This document shows, one piece after another, positions 1 to 8,508 of a stretch of 64,000 nt of DNA. The DNA is from an uncultured Gemmatimonadaceae bacterium (lineage in GTDB: Bacteria > Gemmatimonadota > Gemmatimonadetes > Gemmatimonadales > GWC2-71-9). The notes under the pieces were generated by a model. The model was not told the origin of the DNA and ran no database searches. It saw nothing but the letters and a program-made list of their open reading frames with translations. Where the stretch lies: contig CAZQWQ010000028.1 in the NCBI GenBank assembly GCA_964596925.1, positions 28,947 to 92,946 of the forward strand. The letters are read 5' to 3'. The number at the start of each line of letters is the position of its first letter. Within the stretch, counting starts at the first letter, position 1. The position numbers and the translations under genes were made by a program.

Positions 1-158
1 GAGATCGCGTAGTCGTCGCTGGCTTTCTCCTCCGGGTACTGCATCGTGACTTTCTTCCGGAAGATGTGCGCGAAGGTCAGCGCCATCCCGCTCAGCGTTG
101 CGCGCACGTAGGAGGTCTCCCCCTGCGGCCGCTTCATCACCTTCACGGTGATCGCCAT
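1..158 (-). CDS. nuoI: NADH-quinone oxidoreductase subunit I, N-terminal fragment (3' end beyond window start)
   Basis: Absent from the ORF track because it runs off the edge. My reverse translation from ATG 158-156 gives MAITVKVMKRPQGETSYVRATLSGMALTFAHIFRKKVTMQYPEEKASDDYAI, matching the NuoI N-terminus (FRKxVTxQYPEEK). The start shares 1 nt with the nuoH stop (TGATG). Confidence 0.8.
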   Translation of the reverse strand, partial: MAITVKVMKRPQGETSYVRATLSGMALTFAHIFRKKVTMQYPEEKASDDYAI

Positions 159-1327
159 CAGGCCTCTCCTCCCTCCATCGAGCCGCTCACCAACCGCCCA
201 CGGTCGAGCATGAAGACCAACGGCACCGCCAGCGCCAGGTTGATCGCGAACAGGACGCCCGCGAAGCGGCCGTCGTAGGCCCACCCGAGCCGATCGTGCA
301 GGTACCAGATCGCCGTGGCGATCACCATCAGGTACACAAGGGAGAGCGGCAGCATGATTTTCCAGCCGAGCGCCATCAGCTGGTCGTAGCGAAAGCGCGG
401 CAGCGTCCAGCGGACCCAGACGTAGAGAAAGATGAAAAAGCTCGTCTTGAGGGCGAAACTGAGGCCGGTGAGCGCGCTCAGCCACCACGTCCAGGGCCCG
501 TGGTTGTCGCGCGCCCAGAAGGGAATATCCCAGCCGCCAAAAAAGAACGTGGCCATCAACGCCGAGGCCGTGACCATGTTGGAATACTCGGCGATGATGA
601 ACATCGAGAACTTCATCGAGCTGTACTCGGAATGGTAACCGGCCACGAGCTCCGCTTCGGCTTCGGGAAGATCGAACGGGACCCGGTTGGTTTCCGCGAA
701 CGCCGCCACAGTGAAAATGAAATACGCCAGGGCGAGCGGAAACACGTTCCACTGCAAGATCGAGCCCTGTTGCTTCGCCACGACCTCGGAGAGGGTGACG
801 TTGCCCGACAAGAGCAGCACCGCGACGGTGCTCATGCCCATCGCGATCTCGTAAGAGATCATCTGCGCCGACGCCCGCATCCCGCCGAGCAACGCGTACT
901 TGTTATTGGACGACCATCCGGCGAGCACGATCCCATACACCCCGAGCGAGCTGATCGCCAGGATGTAGAGGAAGCCCACCGGCAGGTCCGCGACCACCAT
1001 CGACACCTCGCCCCAGCGGGTGGGCAGCGGCGACGCGAACGGAATCACCGCGAACGTCAACAACGCGGGGACGAACGCGATCGCGGGCGCCAGCACGAAC
1101 AGCCAGCGATCGGCGGTGGCGGGATAGGTCTCTTCCTTGAGGAAGTTCTTCAAGCCGTCGGCCGCGGGTTGCAGCAGCCCAAACGGCCCGACCCGGTTCG
1201 GCCCGAGCCGATCCTGCATGAAAGCGCAAACGCGCCGCTCGAACAGGGTGATCAGCGCTACGCCCACCATAATCACCGTGAAGACGAGCAGGATCTTGAG
1301 GATGGAGGCGATCAGGAAGAAGCTCAT
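158..1327 (-). CDS. nuoH: NADH-quinone oxidoreductase subunit H (389 aa)
   Basis: Track ORF 158..1495. The conserved NuoH sequence begins at internal MSFFLIASILKILLVF...ERRVCAFMQDRLGPNRVGPFGLLQP. ATG at 1327 overlaps the nuoG stop (ATGA). The upstream 56 codons are Gly/Arg-rich junk. Confidence 0.93.
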   Translation of the reverse strand: MSFFLIASILKILLVFTVIMVGVALITLFERRVCAFMQDRLGPNRVGPFGLLQPAADGLKNFLKEETYPATADRWLFVLAPAIAFVPALLTFAVIPFASPLPTRWGEVSMVVADLPVGFLYILAISSLGVYGIVLAGWSSNNKYALLGGMRASAQMISYEIAMGMSTVAVLLLSGNVTLSEVVAKQQGSILQWNVFPLALAYFIFTVAAFAETNRVPFDLPEAEAELVAGYHSEYSSMKFSMFIIAEYSNMVTASALMATFFFGGWDIPFWARDNHGPWTWWLSALTGLSFALKTSFFIFLYVWVRWTLPRFRYDQLMALGWKIMLPLSLVYLMVIATAIWYLHDRLGWAYDGRFAGVLFAINLALAVPLVFMLDRGRLVSGSMEGGEA

Positions 1328-2880
1328 GCCGGCACCCGTGCGCCCGCCGGCATCCTCTGCCCCGCGAGACCGAGTGTCGCATACGACAATCCACCGAACC
1401 CGTCCACCGACGCGGCCAGCTGTTCGAATACCTCCGCCGCCGAGCCGGGCGCCTCCCCGCCGTCCAGCGATGCCAGCAGCTCGCCCAGCGCCCACCAGGC
1501 GGGGCGCGCCATGCCGGGCGTGGGCTTCGCCTGGAAGTAGCGCTGCACCCGGCCGTCACGGTTCACGTAGGTCCCGTCTTCTTCGGCCATGTTGGCGAGC
1601 GGCAGCACCACCGCGGCGGATCGCGCGGTCTCGGGCAACACCGTGCCCGCGTAGATCAACGCCCCCGCCGTCGGCACGGCGACCTCGGTTTCGTCGAGCA
1701 CCAGCACGACCGCGGCCGTGGCGGCGGCCTTGAGCGCGCCGGCGAAATCCCGCGTGTACCCCAGCCGCGTCGCTCCGGCGCCGTTTGGCGCCCGTTCGGC
1801 GCGCAGCGCCAGGTTGGGCACGCCCGCAAGCGCCGCTTCCTCTCCCATCACGGCCTGGAACGCGCCGGTCCATTTGAGCCGCGCAAACAGTTGCCGCGCG
1901 AGATACAGCGCCTCGGTCGAGGCCCTCGGATTCGCGATCGTGATGGCACGGCCGCCAGCGCCCTGCAGAATTCCCCGCACACGCGCCAACGCCTCGTCCC
2001 AGTCCACGGCGTGGAGCTCGGCGCCGTCGCGCACCAACGGAGCCTCGATCCGGTCGCCCCGGTTCATCCAGCGGTAGTTGGCGCGGCCGTGATCGCAGAT
2101 GAAGTACTGGTTCACGGCGAGGTTAGGACGCGGCCGTACCCGCACCACCGTGTTGTCACGCAGGTCGAGGGTGACGTTGCACCCCTGCGAGCAGCCGGTG
2201 CACACCGACGCCGTCTTGTCGAGCTCCCAGGCGCGCGCCTTATGGAGGAAGTCCTTGGAGAGGAGCGATCCCACGGGGCACAGGTCCACCACGTTGCCGG
2301 CCCACGGATGATCGAGGCGCGCGTCGGGGTGGATGCCGATGGTGGCGCGATCGCCGCGCTCCGACACGTTCAGCACCGGCTCGAGGGCGACGTCCTCCAT
2401 GAAGCGCACGCAGCGCGTGCATAGGATGCAGCGGTTCGGTACGTACAGGACGTCCGGCCCGAAGTCCTCCACCGGATTGAAGCGCTTGGCGTACTCGGCG
2501 TACCGCGTGTTGGCGCGGCCCTCCTGGAAGACGAAGTCCTGCAGCTCGCACTCCCCGGCCTGGTCGCAGATCGGGCAATCGAGCGGATGATTGATGAGCA
2601 GGAACTCGAGCACGCCCTGGCGCGCCGCCTTGGCATCCGGCGACTGCGTATGGACGACCATCCCCTCGGTCACCGTCGTCGCACAGGCAATGGCCAGCTT
2701 GGGTGCCTTCTCGACGTGCACCAGGCACATGCGGCACACGCCCGCCACGGGGAGCCCCGGGTGGTAGCAATAGTGCGGGACCAGCACCCCCGCCTGCTTG
2801 GCGGCTTCGATGACGAGCGTCCCCGCCGGGACACTCACCGGCGCGCCGTCGATCGTCAGGTTGATGACGCTGTCAGCCAT
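1324..2880 (-). CDS. nuoG: NADH-quinone oxidoreductase subunit G (short 518-aa form)
   Basis: N-terminal 2Fe-2S and 4Fe-4S cysteine motifs (CYHPGLPVAGVCRMCLV, HPLDCPICDQAGECELQD, CILCTRCVRF) and its position in the nuo operon. Confidence 0.93.
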   Translation of the reverse strand: MADSVINLTIDGAPVSVPAGTLVIEAAKQAGVLVPHYCYHPGLPVAGVCRMCLVHVEKAPKLAIACATTVTEGMVVHTQSPDAKAARQGVLEFLLINHPLDCPICDQAGECELQDFVFQEGRANTRYAEYAKRFNPVEDFGPDVLYVPNRCILCTRCVRFMEDVALEPVLNVSERGDRATIGIHPDARLDHPWAGNVVDLCPVGSLLSKDFLHKARAWELDKTASVCTGCSQGCNVTLDLRDNTVVRVRPRPNLAVNQYFICDHGRANYRWMNRGDRIEAPLVRDGAELHAVDWDEALARVRGILQGAGGRAITIANPRASTEALYLARQLFARLKWTGAFQAVMGEEAALAGVPNLALRAERAPNGAGATRLGYTRDFAGALKAAATAAVVLVLDETEVAVPTAGALIYAGTVLPETARSAAVVLPLANMAEEDGTYVNRDGRVQRYFQAKPTPGMARPAWWALGELLASLDGGEAPGSAAEVFEQLAASVDGFGGLSYATLGLAGQRMPAGARVPA

Positions 2881-2901
2881 CAGCGGTCGGTCCTCGGCAT
2901 T

Positions 2902-4182
2902 TCAGGCGGCGAGCACAGGGCGCTTCTTCCCCGTGATGTAGTCCTCGAACTCCCCGCGGAATTTCTGGATGCCGCTCACCACCGGCGCCGCGCACGAATC
3001 GCTCAGCACGCAGATGGTCTTGCCGGTCATGTTCTCGGACAGCTCGAGCAGCAGGTCGAGATCGCTCGTCTTACCCTGGCCCGCGAGGATGCGCTCGAGA
3101 ATCTTCGTGGTCCAGGCCGTGCCCTCGCGGCACTGCGTGCATTGCGCGCACGACTCGTGCGCGTAGAACCGCGCCAGCCGCATGATCTGGTAAACCATGT
3201 CGGCCGAATCGTCGAACACGATCACGCCACCCGAGCCGAGCATCGTGCCCTTCGCGACGCATCCCTCATAATCGAGCAGGGTGCTCTCGGTCTCCTCCCG
3301 GTTCAGGATCGGCACCGACGAGCCCCCGGGAATGCAGGCCTTGAGGATCCGCCCGGGCGGCATCCCGCCGGCGAGATCGTACAGCAGATCCTTGAGCGGG
3401 AATCCCATGGTGACCTCGTAGTTGCCCGGCCGGGCGATGTGCCCGCAGACCGAGAACAGCTTTGTCCCGGTGCTCTTGGGATTCGACAGACAGAGCTTCT
3501 GGTGCCATTCGGCGCCCTGCTTGAGAATGTGCGGCACGGCGGCCAGCGTCTCGACGTTGTTGATCGTCGTGGGCATGCCGAACACGCCGCTCGCGGCCGG
3601 GAACGGCGGCTTGATGCGCGGGTTGCCGCGCTTGCCCTCGATCGAATTCATCATCGCCGTCTCTTCACCGCAGATGTACGCGCCGGCCCCGCGGTGCAGG
3701 TGGATCTTCAGATCGCCGAACACCTTCGCCGTGGTGGCCTCCGCCAGCGCCCGCTCCATGATGGCGAACGGCTCGGTGAACTCCCCGCGAATGTAGACGT
3801 AGACGACTTCCGCCCGGATGGCGTGCGCGGCGATCGCGGAGCCCTCGAGCAGCGCGTGCGGCGTCCAGCGCATGATCTCGCGGTCCTTGAACGTGCCCGG
3901 CTCGGATTCGTCGGCGTTCACGCAGAGGTAGTGCGCCCGCTTCTTTTCCTTTGGCATGAACGACCACTTGAGGCCCGTCGGAAACCCCGCACCGCCCCGG
4001 CCCCGCAGCCCGGACGCCTTGACCGTTTCCGTGATGGCGGCGGGATCCTGCTTCAGGGCGTCGCGCAGCGCCTCGTACCCGCCGCGTTTGACCCACCCCT
4101 TGTAGCTGCGGGCCTCCGCGTCGCCGAAGTACTTCGACAGCACGACGGTTTCTTTCGGGTGCGGCTTGTGGGGATAGCCCAT
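2902..4182 (-). CDS. nuoF: NADH-quinone oxidoreductase subunit F
   Basis: GLRGRGGAGFPTGLKWSF FMN/NADH-binding motif and a C-terminal ESCAQCTQCREG 4Fe-4S motif. Confidence 0.95.
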   Translation of the reverse strand: MGYPHKPHPKETVVLSKYFGDAEARSYKGWVKRGGYEALRDALKQDPAAITETVKASGLRGRGGAGFPTGLKWSFMPKEKKRAHYLCVNADESEPGTFKDREIMRWTPHALLEGSAIAAHAIRAEVVYVYIRGEFTEPFAIMERALAEATTAKVFGDLKIHLHRGAGAYICGEETAMMNSIEGKRGNPRIKPPFPAASGVFGMPTTINNVETLAAVPHILKQGAEWHQKLCLSNPKSTGTKLFSVCGHIARPGNYEVTMGFPLKDLLYDLAGGMPPGRILKACIPGGSSVPILNREETESTLLDYEGCVAKGTMLGSGGVIVFDDSADMVYQIMRLARFYAHESCAQCTQCREGTAWTTKILERILAGQGKTSDLDLLLELSENMTGKTICVLSDSCAAPVVSGIQKFRGEFEDYITGKKRPVLAA

Positions 4183-4186
4183 GGCG

Positions 4187-4702
4187 TCAGGTGTATTTCT
4201 TCACGAGCTCGGGCACGGTGCCCGGCGTGACGGATTCAATGAAATCGTCGTCGACCATGATCGGCGTCGCGAAGCCACAGGCGCCGAGACACTCGACCTC
4301 GATGATCGTCCACTTGCCGTCGGGACTGGTGGCGCCCAGCTCCTTGGCGCCTGTGTGCTCGAGCAGCGCCTGCACCACGGCCTCGGCGCCGCATAGGTTG
4401 CATGGCGACGTCGTGCATACCTGCACGAAGTGCCGCCCGACGGGGTGCTGGTGGTACATCGTATAGAAGGTCACCACCCCTTTGACGTAGGCCGGCGTGA
4501 GCCCCAGCACCTCGGCAACCTCCGCCACATCGCGGTCGGAAATCCAACCCCGCGCGCCCTGCACCAGCCAGAGCGCGGGCAAGAGCGCCGCCTGTTTGTT
4601 GGGGTAGCGGGTCATGATCCGCTCCAGCTCCGCGAGCGTCTTGCCGACGAACACGGGCGGGACCGCTTCCGTCCCCGCCGGCGGATGCGCCGCGCCGCTC
4701 AC
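4187..4702 (-). CDS. nuoE: NADH-quinone oxidoreductase subunit E (171 aa)
   Basis: Thioredoxin-like 2Fe-2S subunit (CTTSPCNLCGA ... CLGACGFAP). Proposed GTG start at 4702 overlaps the nuoD stop (GTGA). The rest of track ORF 4187..5083 overlaps nuoD and is not coding. The start is uncertain; an alternative is the internal ATG at ..ERIMTRY. Confidence 0.85.
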   Translation of the reverse strand: MSGAAHPPAGTEAVPPVFVGKTLAELERIMTRYPNKQAALLPALWLVQGARGWISDRDVAEVAEVLGLTPAYVKGVVTFYTMYHQHPVGRHFVQVCTTSPCNLCGAEAVVQALLEHTGAKELGATSPDGKWTIIEVECLGACGFATPIMVDDDFIESVTPGTVPELVKKYT

Positions 4703-5985
4703 CGGTCCACCTCCCCCATCACGATGTCGACCGATGCATTGATCGCGATCAGGTCGCTCAGCAGGTGCCCCTCGGCCATTTTGGAGATCGCGGCGAGGTT
4801 GATGAACGCCGGCGGCCGGATGCGCCAGCGCACCGGCTTGGCGGTACCGTCGGACACGAGATAGTTGCCGAGCTCCCCTTTGGGATTCTCGATGCCGACA
4901 TACGCTTCGCCCACCGGCGCCTTGACTCCTTCCATGACCTGCTTGAAATGGAAGATCATGGCTTCCATGTCGCTCATCGCCTGCGACTTGGGCGGCAGGA
5001 TGACGCGCGGATCGTCCACGTTGATCGGCCCGTCGGGCAGCCGGTCGAGCGCCTGCTGCAAGATCCGGTTCGACTGGTAGCACTCCTCGAGGCGCACGAG
5101 ATAGCGATCGTACACGTCCCCGTGCTCGCCCACCGGGATCTCGAAGTCGTACGTCTCGTAGTCAAGGTACGGCTGGTCCTTGCGGAGGTCCCACGGCACC
5201 CCCGACGCACGCAACATCGGGCCGGATAGCGAATAATTGATCGCCTCCGCGGCCGTCAACACCCCGACGCCCTGTGTCCGGCCCGCCCAGATCGCATTGC
5301 GCGTCAGCACGCGGTCAATCTCGCCCAGGGTGTCGGGGAACGTCCGCGTGAACTCGCGCAACCCGGTGACGAAGTCGTCGGGGATGTCCGCCATCATCCC
5401 GCCGATGCGGGTGAGGCTGGTGGTGAGGCGCGCGCCGGTCCACATCTCCTGCAAGTTGTAGATCAGCTCCCGCTGCTGGAACGCCCACAGGAACGGCGTG
5501 AACGCCCCCAGATCGATCGCCGTCGTGCCGAGCCACACCATGTGCGAAATGATGCGGCTCATCTCGCAGGCGATCACCCGCAGCACCGTGCAGCGCGGCG
5601 TGATCGTCATCCCCATCAACCGCTCTGCGGTGAGCGCCAGGGCCACGTTGTTCGCCATCGGCGACAGGTAGTCGGTGCGGTCGGTGAGGGGGATGATCTG
5701 GTTGTAGTGCCGGTACTCCCCGAGCTTCTCGAACCCCGAGTGCAGGTACCCGAGATGCGGGATCACCCGGATCACCGTTTCACCATCGAGCTCCACCACC
5801 AACCGCAGCACCCCGTGGGTGGCGGGGTGCTGGGGCCCGAGGTTCATCAGCAGGTGCTCGCCGCCAAACTCCTGCTCGTCGCTCGGTGTGGGAGCGGCGG
5901 CGACGCCCAGCGGCACCCGCACCGCTTGCCCAGCGGCGTCCACGCCGGGAGTCGCGAGGTCCAGCTCGACGGTCCGCTTGCTCAC
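4699..5985 (-). CDS. nuoD: NADH-quinone oxidoreductase subunit D
   Basis: 49-kDa subunit signature ([23 protein letters not shown]...) and ATGA overlap with nuoC. Confidence 0.95.
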   Translation of the reverse strand: MSKRTVELDLATPGVDAAGQAVRVPLGVAAAPTPSDEQEFGGEHLLMNLGPQHPATHGVLRLVVELDGETVIRVIPHLGYLHSGFEKLGEYRHYNQIIPLTDRTDYLSPMANNVALALTAERLMGMTITPRCTVLRVIACEMSRIISHMVWLGTTAIDLGAFTPFLWAFQQRELIYNLQEMWTGARLTTSLTRIGGMMADIPDDFVTGLREFTRTFPDTLGEIDRVLTRNAIWAGRTQGVGVLTAAEAINYSLSGPMLRASGVPWDLRKDQPYLDYETYDFEIPVGEHGDVYDRYLVRLEECYQSNRILQQALDRLPDGPINVDDPRVILPPKSQAMSDMEAMIFHFKQVMEGVKAPVGEAYVGIENPKGELGNYLVSDGTAKPVRWRIRPPAFINLAAISKMAEGHLLSDLIAINASVDIVMGEVDR

Positions 5986-6602
5986 TCGGACCCCGCGATC
6001 TTCCCCCGCTCCCCGCGGCGCAGCCGCTCGCGCATATCGGCGGGCAGCTCGTCGAAGGACTCGGCGATGGAAAGCTCCTCGAGCGAGTAGTGCGCTTCCG
6101 GGTTGGCGTTCAACGCCTGGCGGGTCTGCTCGGCGCGACTGAAGCGGCCGCGCAGCGGGAAGTCTTTACGGAGCGGATATCCTTCGGCGTAGGTTTCCCA
6201 CATCAAAATGCGGCGCAGGTCGGGGTGCCCCGCGAACACCACGCCGAACATGTCGTAAACCTCGCGCTCCAGCCAGTTCGCCCCGGCCCACAACGGGGTC
6301 ACCGAGTCGACCGCCAACTCGCCTTGCGGATTGAGCTCGACCTTGACGCGCAGCGTCGTCTTGCGCTCGAGCGAGCGAAGCAGATACACCATCTCGAGCG
6401 CCCGCTCCCGGTCGCGAAACTCAACCGCGGTGACGTCCACCAGGTAGTCGTACCGCTCGCCGGGCGTGTCGCGCAGCCAGCGCATGACGTCACGCAGCGC
6501 GTCGGCCCGGATGACGACCCCGGTCAGACCGTCGCGCGCCAGGGCGGCGCGGCCGATCGCGTCACCGAAGGTCGCCCGCATGCGCTCGACGGTCGGATTC
6601 AC
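5982..6602 (-). CDS. nuoC: NADH-quinone oxidoreductase subunit C
   Basis: 30-kDa subunit pattern ([34 protein letters not shown]) and ATGA overlaps on both sides. Confidence 0.93.
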   Translation of the reverse strand: MNPTVERMRATFGDAIGRAALARDGLTGVVIRADALRDVMRWLRDTPGERYDYLVDVTAVEFRDRERALEMVYLLRSLERKTTLRVKVELNPQGELAVDSVTPLWAGANWLEREVYDMFGVVFAGHPDLRRILMWETYAEGYPLRKDFPLRGRFSRAEQTRQALNANPEAHYSLEELSIAESFDELPADMRERLRRGERGKIAGSE

Positions 6603-7255
6603 GCCGAACGGAACTGATGGATGGAGTTGCCGAACGGCTCCGAGATCTCGTCGATCTCGTCGGGCGGCAGCCGCAGGCCGCGCTCGTCGAGCGGCTGCTC
6701 GCCACGGCGCGCGACCGCGTCGAACAGCGACTCGCCCTTGATCTTCTTGTGCAGCAGCAGAATGCCGTACAGCAGCCCCTCGGGACGCGGCGGACAGCCG
6801 GGGACGTACACGTCGACCGGCACGATGGTGTCAATGCCCTGCACCATCGCGTAGTTGTCGAAGATGCCACCGGTCGACGCGCAGGCCCCCATCGAGATCA
6901 CCCACTTGGGCTGGGGCATCTGGTCGTAGATGCGGCGGATCACCGGGGCCAGCTTGAACGGCAGCCGGCCGGCGCAGATCAGCACGTCGGCCTGGCGCGG
7001 CGAGAACGCCTGGCGCTCCATACCGAAGCGGGCGATATCGAACCGGCTCGCGGCGGTCGCCATGAACTCGATGGCGCAGCAGGCGGTGCCGAACGGCATC
7101 GGCCAGAGGGAGTTGGCGCGCGACCGGTTGACCGCCCAGTCCACACCTTTATCGAGGTGGGTGACCTTGAGCGCCCAACTCACCAACTCTTCGAATTTGG
7201 TGAGTTGGTAGTTTGGGCTGGCGGAGATTTCTTTCGTTTCGATGACGTGTTTCAT
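6599..7255 (-). CDS. nuoB: NADH-quinone oxidoreductase subunit B (218 aa)
   Basis: [18 protein letters not shown] ... GACASTGG ... VPGCPPRPE cluster-N2 motifs. I start at ATG 7255 (MKHVIETK...). The 21 codons between the track start GTG 7318 and 7255 have visibly low third-position GC and look non-coding. Confidence 0.9.
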   Translation of the reverse strand: MKHVIETKEISASPNYQLTKFEELVSWALKVTHLDKGVDWAVNRSRANSLWPMPFGTACCAIEFMATAASRFDIARFGMERQAFSPRQADVLICAGRLPFKLAPVIRRIYDQMPQPKWVISMGACASTGGIFDNYAMVQGIDTIVPVDVYVPGCPPRPEGLLYGILLLHKKIKGESLFDAVARRGEQPLDERGLRLPPDEIDEISEPFGNSIHQFRSA

Positions 7256-7384
7256 TGTCGTCCCAAAATTGGAAGACGTAGGGAACAAATCGTAAAGTGG
7301 GACTTCGTAAGGAAACACCGTACGCCTTCTTCCTTACGCCGTTGCCCCGTACGTATTTCTCCTTACGTCGTCATCAGTACGCCG
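7256..7384 (-). other. Unusually long, AT-richer, repeat-containing nuoA-nuoB spacer (candidate structured mRNA element)
   Basis: In mRNA sense there are two 21-nt direct repeats, CGTAAGGAGAAATACGTACGG (7367-7347) and CGTAAGGAAGAAGGCGTACGG (7338-7318). They are followed by the complementary TTCCTTACG (about 7312-7304) and two degenerate YYTACG copies. See findings. Confidence 0.4.
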
Positions 7385-7756
7385 TCAGTTCCACTGGAAG
7401 GCTCCCCTCTTCCAGATATAGATGTACCCAACCGCCAAAATCACCATAAACACAATCATCTCCACCAGCAGAAACCCCATCGTCACCGTCGCCGTCCCGC
7501 CCGTGAAGATCGCCGCCCACGGGAGGAGAAAGACCGTTTCGATATCGAAGACGATGAACATCATGGCGACGAGGTAAAACTTGATCGAGAACCGGTCGCG
7601 CGCGCTGCCGATCGGCGTCATCCCGCTCTCATACGGCATCCCCTTCACGGCCGTGGGCCGGCGCGGCGCCGCAAAGTGGGAGAGCACGATGAGCAGCACG
7701 GCGTTCGCGATCACGAACGCAAGCAGGATCAGGAAGATGCCGTAGGGTCGGAGCAC
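7385..7756 (-). CDS. nuoA: NADH-quinone oxidoreductase subunit A
   Basis: 123 aa and 3 TM, with the conserved PYESGM...FYLVAMMFIVFDIETVFLLPWA pattern. GTG start; first gene of the operon. Confidence 0.92.
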   Translation of the reverse strand: MLRPYGIFLILLAFVIANAVLLIVLSHFAAPRRPTAVKGMPYESGMTPIGSARDRFSIKFYLVAMMFIVFDIETVFLLPWAAIFTGGTATVTMGFLLVEMIVFMVILAVGYIYIWKRGAFQWN

Positions 7757-7762
7757 AGTCTC

Positions 7763-7776
7763 GTGAAAAATTTCAC
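7763..7776. promoter_or_regulatory. GTGA-N6-TCAC palindrome (CRP/FNR-family-like half sites) between nuoA and dcd
   Basis: tcGTGAaaaattTCACtt is an isolated AT-rich inverted repeat in a GC-rich spacer. It lies 6 nt upstream of the nuoA start codon and about 90 nt upstream of the dcd ATG. Confidence 0.25.
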
Positions 7777-7865
7777 TTAGGGCGACCTGAAGCTATCCGC
7801 CGCAATTCTCCGTGTCAACCGAATCACGTGGCGTAAGTGCCGATGGCACCGTTAGATTCGCCGCC

Positions 7866-8426
7866 ATGTCGATCAAATCCGACCGCTGGATCCGGCGCAT
7901 GGCAACCGCGCACCGCATGATCGAACCGTTCGCCGACAGCCAGGTGCGCGCGGGGGTGATCTCCTACGGGGTCTCCTCGTACGGCTACGACATGCGCGTC
8001 GCCCCGGAGTTCAAGATCTTCACCAACGCCCTCTCGGTGATCGTCGACCCCAAACAGTTCGACCCGAAATCGTTCGTCGAGTTCTCGGGGGAGACCTGCG
8101 TCGTGCCCCCCAACTCCTTCGCGCTGGCGCGCTCGGTGGAGTACTTCCGCATTCCCCGCAACGTGCTCACTATCTGCGTCGGCAAGAGCACTTACGCGCG
8201 CTGCGGGATCATCACGAACGTCACCCCGTTCGAGCCCGAGTGGGAGGGCCACGTAACGCTCGAGATCTCCAACACCACGCCACTACCGGCCCGGATCTAC
8301 GCCAACGAAGGGATCGCCCAGGTCCTGTTCTTCACGGCCGACGAGGGTGACGAGTGCGAGCAGAGCTACGCCGACAAGAAGGGAAAGTACCAGGCGCAGG
8401 TCGGGATAACCCTGCCGAAGCTGTGA
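7866..8426 (+). CDS. dcd: dCTP deaminase (186 aa)
   Basis: [12 protein letters not shown]...IEPF...SYGYDMRV...[15 protein letters not shown] is the typical Dcd sequence. I prefer the internal ATG at 7866 over the track GTG at 7812. Confidence 0.9.
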   Translation: MSIKSDRWIRRMATAHRMIEPFADSQVRAGVISYGVSSYGYDMRVAPEFKIFTNALSVIVDPKQFDPKSFVEFSGETCVVPPNSFALARSVEYFRIPRNVLTICVGKSTYARCGIITNVTPFEPEWEGHVTLEISNTTPLPARIYANEGIAQVLFFTADEGDECEQSYADKKGKYQAQVGITLPKL

Positions 8427-8443
8427 TGCGCAGGTCAACAATT

Positions 8444-8503
8444 GTCAGTCGTCAGTCATCAGCTGTCAACGGCTGACCACTGATGACTGATGACTGATGA
8501 CTG
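8444..8503. terminator. Long hairpin built from heptamer repeats between convergent dcd and the LVIVD-protein gene (probable bidirectional terminator)
   Basis: The left arm GTCAGTCGTCAGTCATCAG (8444-8462) pairs with the right arm CTGATGACTGATGACTGATGAC (from 8480), giving about 19 bp including G-U pairs. There is also an inner TCAGC/GCTGA pairing. No clear U-tract. Confidence 0.5.
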
Positions 8504-8508
8504 TCGTT

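Noticed and set aside
7256-7318. GTG 7318 as the nuoB start (track ORF start)
   Set aside because: It has an SD-like sequence upstream, but the 21 codons up to ATG 7255 have about 45 percent third-position GC by my count, against the very high GC3 of the flanking genes. Residual uncertainty is noted in findings.
8444-8503. Heptamer repeats as a CRISPR array or minisatellite
   Set aside because: The units are only 7 nt with no spacers. The two blocks are mutually complementary and form one hairpin between convergent genes. No cas genes are present in the window.
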